Assembly (NCBI RefSeq): GCF_001194135.2
Contig: NC_068994.1
Coordinates: 27,328,780-27,392,779 of the forward strand
Direction: 5' to 3'
DNA: 64,000 bases
Origin: Octopus bimaculoides
Lineage: Eukaryota
A program made the position numbers and the translations under genes. Of this stretch, positions 1 through 11,581 are shown piece after piece (within the stretch, counting starts at the first letter, position 1; the number at the start of each line of letters is the position of its first letter). Under the pieces are notes generated by a model. The model had not been told where the DNA came from and ran no database searches. It was given only the letters and a program-made list of their open reading frames with translations.

Positions 1-234
1 CAGTGCAGTAATTAGATTTTTAAAATTCCGTTTACTTTGTGCGATTTAAGGGAGATTTGGCTGTTGTTTCTAGCAACTTTTCTATTTCTTCCCTTCTACC
101 TGGAACAGCGTTCTTACACACGCGCTCAACAGAGAGAGAAAGTGATACATACAACGTCATAGATTAAACTTTCTTCTCAGTATTCTTTGCTTATTTTTCA
201 TAACATTGATACGTAAAAACACACACAACCACAC

Positions 235-917
235 NNNNNNNNNNNNNNNNNNNNNNNNNNNNNNNNNNNNNNNNNNNNNNNNNNNNNNNNNNNNNNNNNN
301 NNNNNNNNNNNNNNNNNNNNNNNNNNNNNNNNNNNNNNNNNNNNNNNNNNNNNNNNNNNNNNNNNNNNNNNNNNNNNNNNNNNNNNNNNNNNNNNNNNNN
401 NNNNNNNNNNNNNNNNNNNNNNNNNNNNNNNNNNNNNNNNNNNNNNNNNNNNNNNNNNNNNNNNNNNNNNNNNNNNNNNNNNNNNNNNNNNNNNNNNNNN
501 NNNNNNNNNNNNNNNNNNNNNNNNNNNNNNNNNNNNNNNNNNNNNNNNNNNNNNNNNNNNNNNNNNNNNNNNNNNNNNNNNNNNNNNNNNNNNNNNNNNN
601 NNNNNNNNNNNNNNNNNNNNNNNNNNNNNNNNNNNNNNNNNNNNNNNNNNNNNNNNNNNNNNNNNNNNNNNNNNNNNNNNNNNNNNNNNNNNNNNNNNNN
701 NNNNNNNNNNNNNNNNNNNNNNNNNNNNNNNNNNNNNNNNNNNNNNNNNNNNNNNNNNNNNNNNNNNNNNNNNNNNNNNNNNNNNNNNNNNNNNNNNNNN
801 NNNNNNNNNNNNNNNNNNNNNNNNNNNNNNNNNNNNNNNNNNNNNNNNNNNNNNNNNNNNNNNNNNNNNNNNNNNNNNNNNNNNNNNNNNNNNNNNNNNN
901 NNNNNNNNNNNNNNNNG
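235..917. other. Assembly gap (N run)
   Basis: Run of N. Other gaps: 3866-4475, 11932-12827, 28416-28807, 30062-30071, 35060-35346, 45832-46199. Confidence 0.99.
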
Positions 918-1062
918 GTTAGGGTTAGGATTAGTGTTACGGTTATGGTTTTAGGGTCAGGGTTAGGGTTTTAGGGTTAGGGTTACGGTTTTAGGGTTAG
1001 GGTTAGGGTTTAGGGTTAATGTTAGGGTTAGTGTTAGGATTAGGTTTAGGATTAGGGTTGGG
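918..1062 (+). repeat. Degenerate telomere-type (TTAGGG)n array, interstitial
   Basis: GGTTAGGGTTAGGG units mixed with variants (TTAGGA, TTACGG, TTTAGGG, TTAGTG); the left edge is hidden in the gap. Confidence 0.9.
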
Positions 1063-1610
1063 TAATCGTGCGGGTGTTAATCTGAAAAATTACAGATATG
1101 TGAAAAGTACTGACCCTGCCATCTATTATAACTTTTGTTGTTCTATTTAATATATACATAGATTATGCCTCCAAAGAAGAGAGTTGTTGGGGAAAGCTAC
1201 TTTGAACATAATGCAAAATGGTGCATCAACATCTACTGCCCAATCTGATAGAATTCTGGCAGAACTATGTAGCAACAAATCGCCAGCAATTGCTTCATCA
1301 CAAATTGCCGTCCTAGCTCCTGTGAAAAGGGATTATCCTGCTATGTATAATCAGGGCAGGGCAAAAAGTTGTTTTGCAGAAGCATTTCTGTAGCCAATTA
1401 GACTGATGAAATTTACGTACGCTTAATAATGTTACGCAAAACAGCCTTCAGACTTTCCCTATTAATTTCGTCTTTTGAATTATGAACATATTTACATCAT
1501 AAGGGTATTTTCGTTGTAAGGCTTTCTTTTTTTGTTGATTTTCACCTAACAAGACTTATCGTAGATGGCGTAATAAGTCACACCCGGACAAGGTCGGGTT
1601 ATACTGCTAG
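918..1610 (+). mobile_element. 3' part of a non-autonomous Helitron
   Basis: Hairpin CCCGGAC-AAG-GTCGGG (1583-1598), then CTAG (1607-1610) followed by T, the Helitron 3' signature. Remnant start ATGCCTCCAAAGAAGAGA (MPPKKR) at 1165 resembles the Helitron ORF start at 25904. Confidence 0.7.
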
Positions 1611-1894
1611 TACATTATAACTGGAAGCCTTCTAATTCTTGTACTTGTTATAATTTCTGACCATTCAGTTGGTAATCTGAGACTGCTTTCCCTTTGAAAT
1701 ATATATTGTTTGAATATATTTTGAAATATATTAAAGTTATGAAGAAAGATCTTATATATGTGTTCTCTTTACAAAATACAAAAAAAAAAAGATTACAAGT
1801 GACATGTACAAAACAATTGATCCAAGCTCACATGGGAATATATATATATATATATACACATTCTCATATGAGCTTGGATCAATTGTTTTTGTGC

Positions 1895-2035
1895 GCAGGC
1901 CAACTTTGCCTTTCATCTTTTCGGTGTCGATTCAATAAGTACCAGTTATGCACTGGGTCGATGTGATCAACTTAATCCCTTTGTCTGTCCTTGTTTGTCC
2001 CTCTATGTTTAGCCCCCTGTGGGCAATAAATAAAT
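1895..2035 (+). mobile_element. 3' fragment of a SINE with a Nin/Deu-like domain
   Basis: CAACTTTGCCTTTCATC...AATAAGTACCAGTT...GGGTCGATGTGATC, shared with many copies in the window. Confidence 0.6.
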
Positions 2036-2054
2036 AGATAAATAAGCAAATAAA

Positions 2055-2268
2055 TAAATATATATATATATATATATAATGTACACACTCATATACATAC
2101 ACATACACACTCACATACACACATACATGTATATACATAATAAGTGTGTGTGTGTGTGTATGTATATATATATATGCATGTATGTATATATGTATATATT
2201 TATATATATATATATATACACATGCACATACACACACACACACACATATGTATATGTATATATATAAT
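2055..2268. repeat. Compound (TA)n/(CA)n/(TG)n microsatellite
   Basis: Directly visible dinucleotide runs. Confidence 0.9.
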
Positions 2269-2519
2269 CCAAATAGCAAGACAAAGAAGGAGTTTATCAC
2301 ATTTTTAACGATCAGTCATAATTGATTCTGTCTCTTCTCTATTTTTAACATCAATTCCTGCAAAAGTCCCATGTGAAAAGTTACATAACATTTGTGGTTT
2401 TGAACATTAGAGTGGAATTTCATCAGACTTGCATCAAAGGTGTGCCCCTACATTGTGTATACAACCTCAAGCTTGGGTTGTGTGCTACACTGAAAATACC
2501 CCAACTTTCTACCCTTCCC

Positions 2520-2554
<35 letters not shown>

Positions 2555-2814
2555 CACCTGTTTCTACCTCTCTTTCTTTCTGTCACAATCTAAACTTTCA
2601 TCCTCTGACACAAGATCCCCTCCCCCAATGCCCCTTCCCCTCTCAAAATTTCTTGTCTTGCAAGTTATTTGGTAACCCTGCTGGTGCTAATGTCACACAA
2701 AAGAAACACTCAGTCCACTCTGCAGAGTGGTAGGTGTTAAGAAGAGTATCCAGCTGTAAAAACCATGCCAAAAACAAACACAGACATTAAATAATAACGA
2801 TGATATATATATAT

Positions 2815-2845
<31 letters not shown>

Positions 2846-2856
2846 AAGTAAAAAGT

Positions 2857-3392
2857 CATCATCATCATCATCATTGTTTAACATCTGCGTTCCATGTTAG
2901 CATGGGTTGGACAATTTGACTGAGGACTGGCGAATCAGATGGCTGCCCCTGATTCCAATCTGATCTGGCAGAGTTTTTACAGCTGGATGCCCTTCCTAAC
3001 GCCAACCACTCCGAGAGTGTAGTCGATGCTTTTATGTGCCACTAGCACGAGGTCCAGTCAGGTGGTACTGGCAACAGCCACACTCAGATGGTGTTTTTTA
3101 CGTGCCACTTGCACAGGAGCCAGTCCAGCGGCACTGGCAATGACCTCACTCAAATGTTTTTTCCCGTGCCACCGGCACTAGTGCCAGTAAGGCGACGCTG
3201 GTAACGATCACGCTGAAATGGTGGTATTTATGTGCCTCCAGCATGGAAGCCAGACAGCTGCTCTGGCAATGATCACGCTCAGACGGTGCTGTTTGTGCTC
3301 CACTGGCACAGGTACCAGTCATCGAATTTGGTTCAATTACGGTTTCACTTGCCCCAATAGGTCTTCGCAAGCAGAATTTAGTGTCCAATGAA
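2857..3392 (-). mobile_element. RTE LINE 3' UTR copy with an internal ~63-bp minisatellite and (GAT)n tail
   Basis: (CAT)n-GTTTAAC...CAGCTGGATGCCCTTCC followed by about 4.5 repeat units; homologous to 11582, 44948 and 59565, the last of which runs into an RTE ORF end. Confidence 0.75.
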
Positions 3393-3394
3393 GG

Positions 3395-3597
3395 AAAATT
3401 ATTAATTAAATAAGAGTAAAAATAGATAAGAGACAGTAAATGCTCAAAAGAGTAAAAAGTACTAAAATATAACAATAATAATTCTTTCTACTGTAGGCAC
3501 AAGGCTTAAAATTTGGGGGAGGGGACTATCAATTACATTGATTCCAGTACTCAACTAGTACTTAATTTATCGACCCTGAAAGGATGAAAGGCTAAGT
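3395..3597 (+). repeat. 203-bp direct duplicate of 6752-6954
   Basis: One mismatch seen (GATAAG versus GACAAG); includes non-SINE flank plus part of a SINE. Confidence 0.9.
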
Positions 3598-4610
3598 GGT
3601 CGGGTAAGGGGAGATAATAAAGTAGTGGTGATCCCAGAATGAACGTGCGCATGTGTGTGTATGTGAGAGTGTGTAAATATGACCTTGACATGTGGATGTG
3701 TGCGTGGGTAAGTGTGTGCATCTGTAATGTGTGCGTGTGTGGATGATGATGTGGGTGCTGGGAAGTGGTCAGTGCTGGTGTATGTGGGGTGGGGTGGTGT
3801 GGTGTGGTGTTGTGTGGTATGGGAAGTTGTCAGTGCTAGTGTGTGCAGAGTGGTGTAGTGTGGTGNNNNNNNNNNNNNNNNNNNNNNNNNNNNNNNNNNN
3901 NNNNNNNNNNNNNNNNNNNNNNNNNNNNNNNNNNNNNNNNNNNNNNNNNNNNNNNNNNNNNNNNNNNNNNNNNNNNNNNNNNNNNNNNNNNNNNNNNNNN
4001 NNNNNNNNNNNNNNNNNNNNNNNNNNNNNNNNNNNNNNNNNNNNNNNNNNNNNNNNNNNNNNNNNNNNNNNNNNNNNNNNNNNNNNNNNNNNNNNNNNNN
4101 NNNNNNNNNNNNNNNNNNNNNNNNNNNNNNNNNNNNNNNNNNNNNNNNNNNNNNNNNNNNNNNNNNNNNNNNNNNNNNNNNNNNNNNNNNNNNNNNNNNN
4201 NNNNNNNNNNNNNNNNNNNNNNNNNNNNNNNNNNNNNNNNNNNNNNNNNNNNNNNNNNNNNNNNNNNNNNNNNNNNNNNNNNNNNNNNNNNNNNNNNNNN
4301 NNNNNNNNNNNNNNNNNNNNNNNNNNNNNNNNNNNNNNNNNNNNNNNNNNNNNNNNNNNNNNNNNNNNNNNNNNNNNNNNNNNNNNNNNNNNNNNNNNNN
4401 NNNNNNNNNNNNNNNNNNNNNNNNNNNNNNNNNNNNNNNNNNNNNNNNNNNNNNNNNNNNNNNNNNNNNNNNNNNAATTGCCCAAAATAACAGGGAGTTT
4501 CTACCTCATAAACAGGAGTTACACCACAGTCATTTTGTGATCTTTGCTACCCTGGTATCTATTAACCAATTTATTTTGTCGGAGTTAATTATTAACTAAG
4601 AGAAAATAAA

Positions 4611-4658
<48 letters not shown>

Positions 4659-4945
4659 GAATATCTCCACACACTCTTTTATCTCTCTCTCTCTCTCTCT
4701 GTATATATATATATATTCTTGCACAACATTCATTTTTCTTGTTATTAAAATTCAAAATGTTGAAACATTTTTAGATATTTGTATATTACTGAAATAATCA
4801 TTTTCATACGTTTTAAAAAATGATTGACGAATTCTTTTGTTTAAAAAAATAATATATTTTTAATTCTATGTAATGCATGTTTTTGTTTTCAAATTTAATG
4901 GTCATAGAAAGCAATATTCACTTTGTTTCATTGTTCTTTTTTAAG

Positions 4946-5064
4946 GAGAGACCCGTTATTTGGCTTGCTTAGCTCCATACTGTGGAGAAATTTCCATGGA
5001 TACCTCCATCAATCCTATTTTACCATCTTCTTTAATTGTCCAAGATGAATATATATTTGTACAG
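4946..5064 (+). CDS. Internal coding exon of a VPS10-domain receptor (SorCS-like)
   Basis: Pyrimidine-rich ...TTAAG acceptor and CAG|GTGAGT donor. The phase 1 to phase 0 frame is open: (G)ETRYLACLAPYCGEISMDTSINPILPSSLIVQDEYIFVQ. This matches the recalled SorCS pattern G..Y.TC....C.E......I..SSL.VQD(E/D)YIF.Q. Missed by the ORF track because it is too short. Confidence 0.8.
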
Positions 5065-5311
5065 GTGAGTCAGCTGTTTCATTTCTTTCAATTTATTAGG
5101 TGTGTATAGAAATATTTATGTGTGTTTGTGTTGTGTGTATGTATATAGATGTGCATGGATGTGTGTGTGTGTATATAAATATATATAGAGAGAGAGAGAG
5201 AGGGAGAGAGAGAGAGGGAGGGAGATGGAGAGGGAGACAAACAGAGGTGTGGTTCTATGTGTATGTATATCAATGCATGAGTGCATATATACACAGGTGT
5301 CAATACTTGTA

Positions 5312-5439
5312 TATAAATGTGTGTGGTTTTCTTGTATAATTCACACACTTATCTGTGTGTGTATGTCTATTTAAATATGTATGTGCATAAGCATACGTGT
5401 GTGTGTGTTTTCTAGATGTTAAAGTCTCATTCATCATCA
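5312..5439. repeat. Source or copy of an inverted duplicate at 7046-7171
   Basis: TATAAATGTGTGTGGTTTTCTTG...CTAGATGTTAAAGTCTCATTCATCATCA is the near-exact reverse complement of 7046-7171. Confidence 0.9.
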
Positions 5440-6569
5440 AGGACACCATTTCATAAGAAATCCACAACTTTGAATGGAATTACTGTGTTTTGAAATTTGT
5501 TCACCACCAACCTTTATTATGAGCCTATGTATCTTTTTACTTTACTTTCCTCTTACTTTCATACAAATCAACCACAATAAGAACAACATTGATGAAAGAG
5601 AATGCTTCAACATAGTACTTGATCAGTTAGAAATAGCAGCCAAATCTGCCTTGACTTAGACTTTACTGTCTTAAAAATGAAAGATACATTAGATATCATA
5701 AAACTATATTGTATAACAGTCTTTCATACAACATGGTCTTGTGTCTGAAATGTAGAACAACTTTGATCATGTGCTTCTTTATCAAACAACAACAAAACAT
5801 GTTGGAACAATGATATATCAAATAAATCTGATATTAAAAAATTTCTGCTTTGGGACTTTTACTCAGTCTATTTTTATTTTAATCCTTTTGCATTTAAACC
5901 GACCATATCCAGCCAAAATATACTACCTATTTTATGTTCAAACCAGCCAGATCTTGCTTCTCACACCTACCCTACAATGTCATTCTCAAAATAAGCAATC
6001 ACATTATTGAAATGTCAAAGCTACAAGATAATGCATTGTTAATTGAAAACAATCTGATTATAAATAAGCATTACATTTGATTAGAGTAATCTGAGTGCTA
6101 AAGGGTTAATGTTCACTTGGCAAATATTCCATATTTTGCAATAAAGTCTTTTATTTACTGCACCTTGCAATCATTTTTTCCATGACTGCAGCACTGGAAT
6201 GGTTTAATAAGAATCAGTTGATTTCTTTTAGCTGAATGAACTTTCTATCACAAACCTCCTGACTGAAGTAAGATTGGAAGTTGTTGTTTTATCACTCAAG
6301 CAAACTAGAGCAAACAAATTTGATATGGTTCATTCTGAAACACTACACATGCCAATAAAAATACAGTTCCACTGCAATTTAACTGAGAAAAGGCTGTTGG
6401 CCTGTAGATTCAGGCCTCAAGGTTTTAAATGTAATTTTTTTCTCTTACCTATATAGATCAGTCATTCTGGCTGTCAACACCTGATGCTCATTGTTCAATT
6501 GGTTTTTGGTTGAACTTAGTGGTTGTGGGGCATACTCTCTCTTCCTCTCTTCTCTCTGGAGATACTTAA

Positions 6570-6666
6570 AGCAAAATCAGAAAAGAATCCATCAGCCCAT
6601 GAGAGCAGAACAGAGAAGTGTTGACAGGAACTGGTCAAGGGGTGAGAATGGCAGTAGCATTAGCAA
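6570..6666 (+). repeat. Direct duplicate of 7181-7295 (16-nt indel)
   Basis: AGCAAAATCAG...AAAAGAATCCATCAGCCCATGAGAGCAGAACAGAGAAG...GGCAGTAGCAT appears twice. Confidence 0.9.
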
Positions 6667-6834
6667 CAATAGAGGCGTCAGTAACAATAGAAGTATTAGT
6701 AGCAGCAGTAGTAACAAACAGAGTAAATCTTTTAAATGTGATTAAAGAACAAAAATTATTAATTAAATAAGAGTAAAAATAGACAAGAGACAGTAAATGC
6801 TCAAAAGAGTAAAAAGTACTAAAATATAACAATA

Positions 6835-7040
6835 ATAATTCTTTCTACTGTAGGCACAAGGCTTAAAATTTGGGGGAGGGGACTATCAATTACATTGATT
6901 CCAGTACTCAACTAGTACTTAATTTATCGACCCTGAAAGGATGAAAGGCTAAGTTGACATTAGCAGAATTTGAACTCAGAACATAACCATTAAGCATTTT
7001 GTCGAATGGGCTAATGGTTCTGCCAGCTCACTACCTTAAT
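6835..7040 (-). mobile_element. tRNA-derived SINE with a Nin/Deu-like domain
   Basis: GTACTTAATTTATCGACCCTGAAAGGATGAAAGG...GCAGAATTTGAACTCAGAAC (B-box-like on the minus strand). Confidence 0.7.
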
Positions 7041-7962
7041 AATGATGATGATGAATGAGACTTTAACATCTAGAAAACACACACACGTATGCTTATGCAC
7101 ATACATATTTAAATACACATACACACACAATTAAGTGTGTGAATTATACAAGAAAACCACACACATTTATACACGCTTATAGCAAAATCAGAATTTACTG
7201 AATTCAAAGAAAAGAATCCATCAGCCCATGAGAGCAGAACAGAGAAGAGTTGAGAGGAACCGGTCAAGGGGTGAGAGTGGCAGTAGCATCAGCAAAAAGG
7301 AAAGATACTTCTGGTCTTAGCTAATTGGAATCTTAACATGTATATGTTTTGTCTTAGTGTAAAAGATGGGCTACAGCAAATATTCTACTCAATACCTTAG
7401 ATTTGCTTGGCCATAACCAGTTGAGCATCTCCCTTAGTCCCAATATATGCATCTCTGATCGGGAGCATCATAGCCATGTGTTGAGAGGACTTCTTTAAGG
7501 GTTTGAATAATTCACCTCTGGAAACATAGGTGTTTTGTTCATCATACTTAAACAGCCCTTATTCAGGGAACTTTTGAGCAGGATGGGCTGCTAGACCTCA
7601 AAAAATTTTAACTGGGCCCCCACCTACTAGGCCATACACTGTTTATCTTCATATGAGATCATCATGTCATGCACATGGTTGTGATGTGTATGCCTAATGT
7701 ACACTTCTCAAACAAGTAGTCATGATGGGCATACTGGGATTTATATATTTATACCCCAGTCATTTTAATGATTTGCACTGCTCTCTCACTCAATAATAAT
7801 AACAGTCAAAAGCTTTCTTGCTAACCACTGGTACTGGTCCCTTCTTTTTCCTCCGTTCTTTCAATACTTACACTCCAATAGTGGTTACTCTGTGACTCTC
7901 TCCATTTCTTAAGTCTGTTTCTCTCATACTTCATTCTCTCTCATCACCTTATCTAAAATCAT

Positions 7963-8018
<56 letters not shown>

Positions 8019-8119
8019 ATCTCCTATTTTCTTCCAGTTATAGCTTGAGGTTCTTTAGTCTTGCAAGTCGTAGGGTGCAACAAAAAAACAAGTCACCCAG
8101 TATACTGTAAAGAGGGCAT

Positions 8120-8255
8120 CCAATCACAGAAGCCATGCCAAAACAGATATTGGAGCATGACGTAGGCCTCTGTCTCATCGAATCCTGTTAAATCATTCAA
8201 TCCATGCCTGCATGGAAAGCAACAAACTGTGAATGGTGATGATGATGACGTTAGT
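8120..8255 (+). mobile_element. Short RTE-type 3' tail
   Basis: AGGGCATCCA...CCATGCC...CATGGAAAG...GATGATGATG. Confidence 0.6.
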
Positions 8256-9249
8256 GTGTCCATGCAAGGAAACAATTATTCAAATTATTGAAGATGTCAT
8301 TAATGCATCATTTGATACTTAAATGTAGACTCAGTTGGAAATAAGTAATATAATTCCATTCAGTGTCAACAGACACACACACACACACACACACACATAC
8401 TCAGATGCAGGCACACATGCACACACGCATAAACACATTCATAGACATACAGTAGCACCTACTTACACCCCAACCATTTCCATTACATTCCAAAACCTAA
8501 AGACTGGACCTGCAAATGTGTTCATCTTAATGTAAACTGGTGAATGTCACCTTTCTGTTATGGAATCACACTTTCAAAGAGTACATTTAATATGGTTTAA
8601 CATTCAACCAACTACTTTAGTTAGAAGTTGCCAGAACAAGACAAATGTGCCACGAAACGGTTGCTGTAATATATTACATGATAGCTTCCCAGCCTTGCAT
8701 CTCAGTTTCAACTATAAACATCACTTCCCAACACCTAATTTCCTTCAAAACAAACAAAAATGAAAGAAAGAAAGAAAAAACACGCACATATCCTGCTGTT
8801 CTGCATAATAAAAAAAAATGTGCGCCAAGACCAGAACACATTGTAACTACAAAACAGATTAAAAGTCTGTTAGAAATATCCTAAAAGCAAAGACATCATG
8901 CGTTAATGCTAATGATTAACTTGGTCATTATATATTATCGCAACATTGAACTAGAACAAACTAAAGGTATACACTAACACAAATGAGGAATAAAGCACCA
9001 AACAGTGACAGAAGATTGCAAAGGCAATCTCCATAAATCTATAAATCATCTTTTAACTCGAATTTGGTTTTCAATGTGTAAAATCTGTAGGTTATTGCTT
9101 TTGGCTTGTGTTTGTTTCCTTTTCTGTACTTGTGTTTTATTACATTTTTTATGACAGTTCGAAAACATTAAAAATTTGATGTGTCAACCATCTCAATCGA
9201 CCAGTATATGTATGCATGGGTATTTGTGGGTGTGTGCACACCCACCCAC

Positions 9250-9286
<37 letters not shown>

Positions 9287-9389
9287 GACACACACGCATA
9301 CATATATGTATATGTATGCATGTTTATAGTCTTTTGTGATATGTACAGAGTTTCTTTTCCAGATCTTTTGTGAGATATACTCACACTGC

Positions 9390-11520
9390 ACTTAGTCTTT
9401 TCCTTCTTTTTATCTTCTGGTAGAATTTTTCAGTATCACTGTTTCTGTGGAAGTTTGTAGTTGATGTCAGGATCTTATGGGTTTCAATATCTATGGATTG
9501 AGAATCTTCTTTAGACCAAGAAAGTATTCCAAATGTTAATGCAGGTTCTGCAGATGTATTGTGAAATATTGTCTTGTAAGAGGAAATCACTGCCTGTCAT
9601 ATTGTTTTAAGTCTGCTATAATATTCTTTGATTATTCTATCCTTGTTCACAGTGCCTTTTGTATAACATGTTTCCATTAAGACCTAGGTATATGTAGCAT
9701 ACATTGTGTAGAAGAGAAGAGATAGAGAGATGATTGATGCAAAGATTTTAGGTTTGGGCAAACTCCATTCCTATATCAACAGAAAATGTTCTGATTGAAT
9801 CAAGCTGTTTTTGTAAATATTTCTGACATATCATTCGATTGTTCACAAAGAAACTATGGACAATCTTGTTTTCCCTTGTTCTTGTAGACCATAAAATATT
9901 GCCAGTGGATTTTTTTATAAGAAATTAAAGTGGACTAAGGACCAAAATAACCAGAAGCAAAGCAGACTATCACTTTAGAATGTTCCCATTTAAATATTCA
10001 TGACATTTGAGACAGATTTTGGATCAGGTTTTCATGAATCTTTCAATAGAAACAGCAAAGTCAGCAGATATTTTTGCCAGCTGTAGTGACTTCAGTAGCC
10101 ATGAATGAGGGATGGAATCAATTGAATGCCTTTCTGTAATCAAGCCATAATATCACAAGGTTTCTATATTGTTTTCTTACTTCAGACTTCATATTTTTAT
10201 TTACCAAAAGTTCAGCACAACCCTATACTGCTTTCTTTCCACTTACCTACTTGTCAGTGACTATGTAGTTAGACTCACAATGGTCTTGGAGAAATTGGTT
10301 CAAGTGGATTGAGTCCAGTTTATACATTATGTGAAGGCCGGTGGTTTTGTTCTTGATCTTAAGGTTTGCTTGTGAATAGCAATCCAGTTCCTTATGTCAA
10401 TCTGATCTCCCATAGACTTTTGAAGTATTTCTATAAGTGATTTTCTATAAAAAGTCAATGTGTTGTGTTTGTAGCCAACTATCAGGTCTCTTTACATAGC
10501 TTTCCCATAGCTATATAAAGTTTCAGTGTCAATCATTATAAGTTTTACTGTTGATGTTGGTACAGTATTCTCAATATATTGTTTAGTCATATTGTGTTCC
10601 AATTAAAACCCTTAATTTTATTCTGGATCTAAGACTACAGCTTCCTGGGAAGCTCTTTTTACTGAAATATCTTCCCCTTTATCCTCCTGTATAGAGTTTG
10701 TTGGTCAAAAGAAAACTTGTGATTTATCCTGGTTCATTCATTTTACTGGTAGTGGAGTTTTCCACTAAGTCTTGCGTTTGTGTTTCTGGGTTATTAGTTT
10801 TCCTTTCAGATTTAGAGAAGGATCTCTATTTGATTTTACTTTTCTTAGTGGGTGTTGTTGGAGTGTTGTTGAATCTATCATTTACTTTACATCTTACAAA
10901 GGTATTTAAGATAGGTGGTTGAGAGATTTGCTTTTCAACATGTTTATGGGTTCAGTCCCACTGCATGGGACCTTGGGCAAGTGTCTGCTAGTATAGCCTT
11001 GAACAATTAAAGCCTTGTGAAAGAAGCCCATTGTGTGTGTGTGTGTGTGTGTGTTGACAGTGCATCTTAATTGTAAATGAGTGTCACTGTTATAGAAGCA
11101 GTGTCATTCATTTCCATTATTCTGCAAAACATGTCTAGCCATTGAGAAATATTACCTTGCTTGGAAACAGGTGAGAATTGGCTTCAGGAAGGGCAATCAG
11201 ACATAGAAAATTTACTTCAATAAACTTTGTCCAACTCATGTAAAAATGGAAAAGTGGGCATTAAAACGATTTAGCTACTGTATTTGGTGATGTAAAGTTT
11301 TTATGTTTCCTTCTAGAGTTGTTATTTACCTGAGTTGCTTATGATGGTTTGTTTTATTGCTGTGTACTTTGCAAATATCTCCCAGGTATTCTTTTGGAGC
11401 AGCCAAATACAGACAGCTATTGATATTCCAGTATATGTTGCCACATTTTTTTATATCATTTCCTGTAATATCATCAATAACTTTTATTATGGGTAGGGTT
11501 GGCCTTCTCCCCACTCTCAT
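9390..11520 (-). mobile_element. Decayed R4/Dong-like (RLE-type) LINE, RT region, interrupted by a SINE
   Basis: Minus-strand peptides LDYRKAF (about 10140) and LTFGILSWSKEDSQSIDIETHKILTSTTNFHRNSDTEKFY (ORF 9381-9590); many stops and frameshifts. Confidence 0.65.
10915..11270 (+). mobile_element. tRNA-derived SINE with an RTE-type 3' tail
   Basis: GGGTTCAGTCCCACTG...ACCTTGGGCAAGTG head, (TG)n, ATTACCTTGCTTGGAAACAG, CAGGAAGGGCA and tail; colinear with 39880-40270. Confidence 0.7.
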
Positions 11521-11581
11521 CCCCTAAAACATCTGTTACTTTATGATAGCTTAGAGAAGGTGAAAACATTGTTTCCATATT

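Noticed and set aside
206-922. Long ORFs made of X (also at 3.7-4.5, 11.7-13.0, 28.3-28.9, 34.9-35.4 and 45.6-46.3 kb)
   Set aside because: They are open only because they run through N gaps.
918-1062. True chromosome end
   Set aside because: The array is short, degenerate and followed by Helitron sequence.
6457-6515. Acceptor-like sites as possible next host exons (also 58419)
   Set aside because: The frames close quickly or show no VPS10 similarity, and no matching donor was found.
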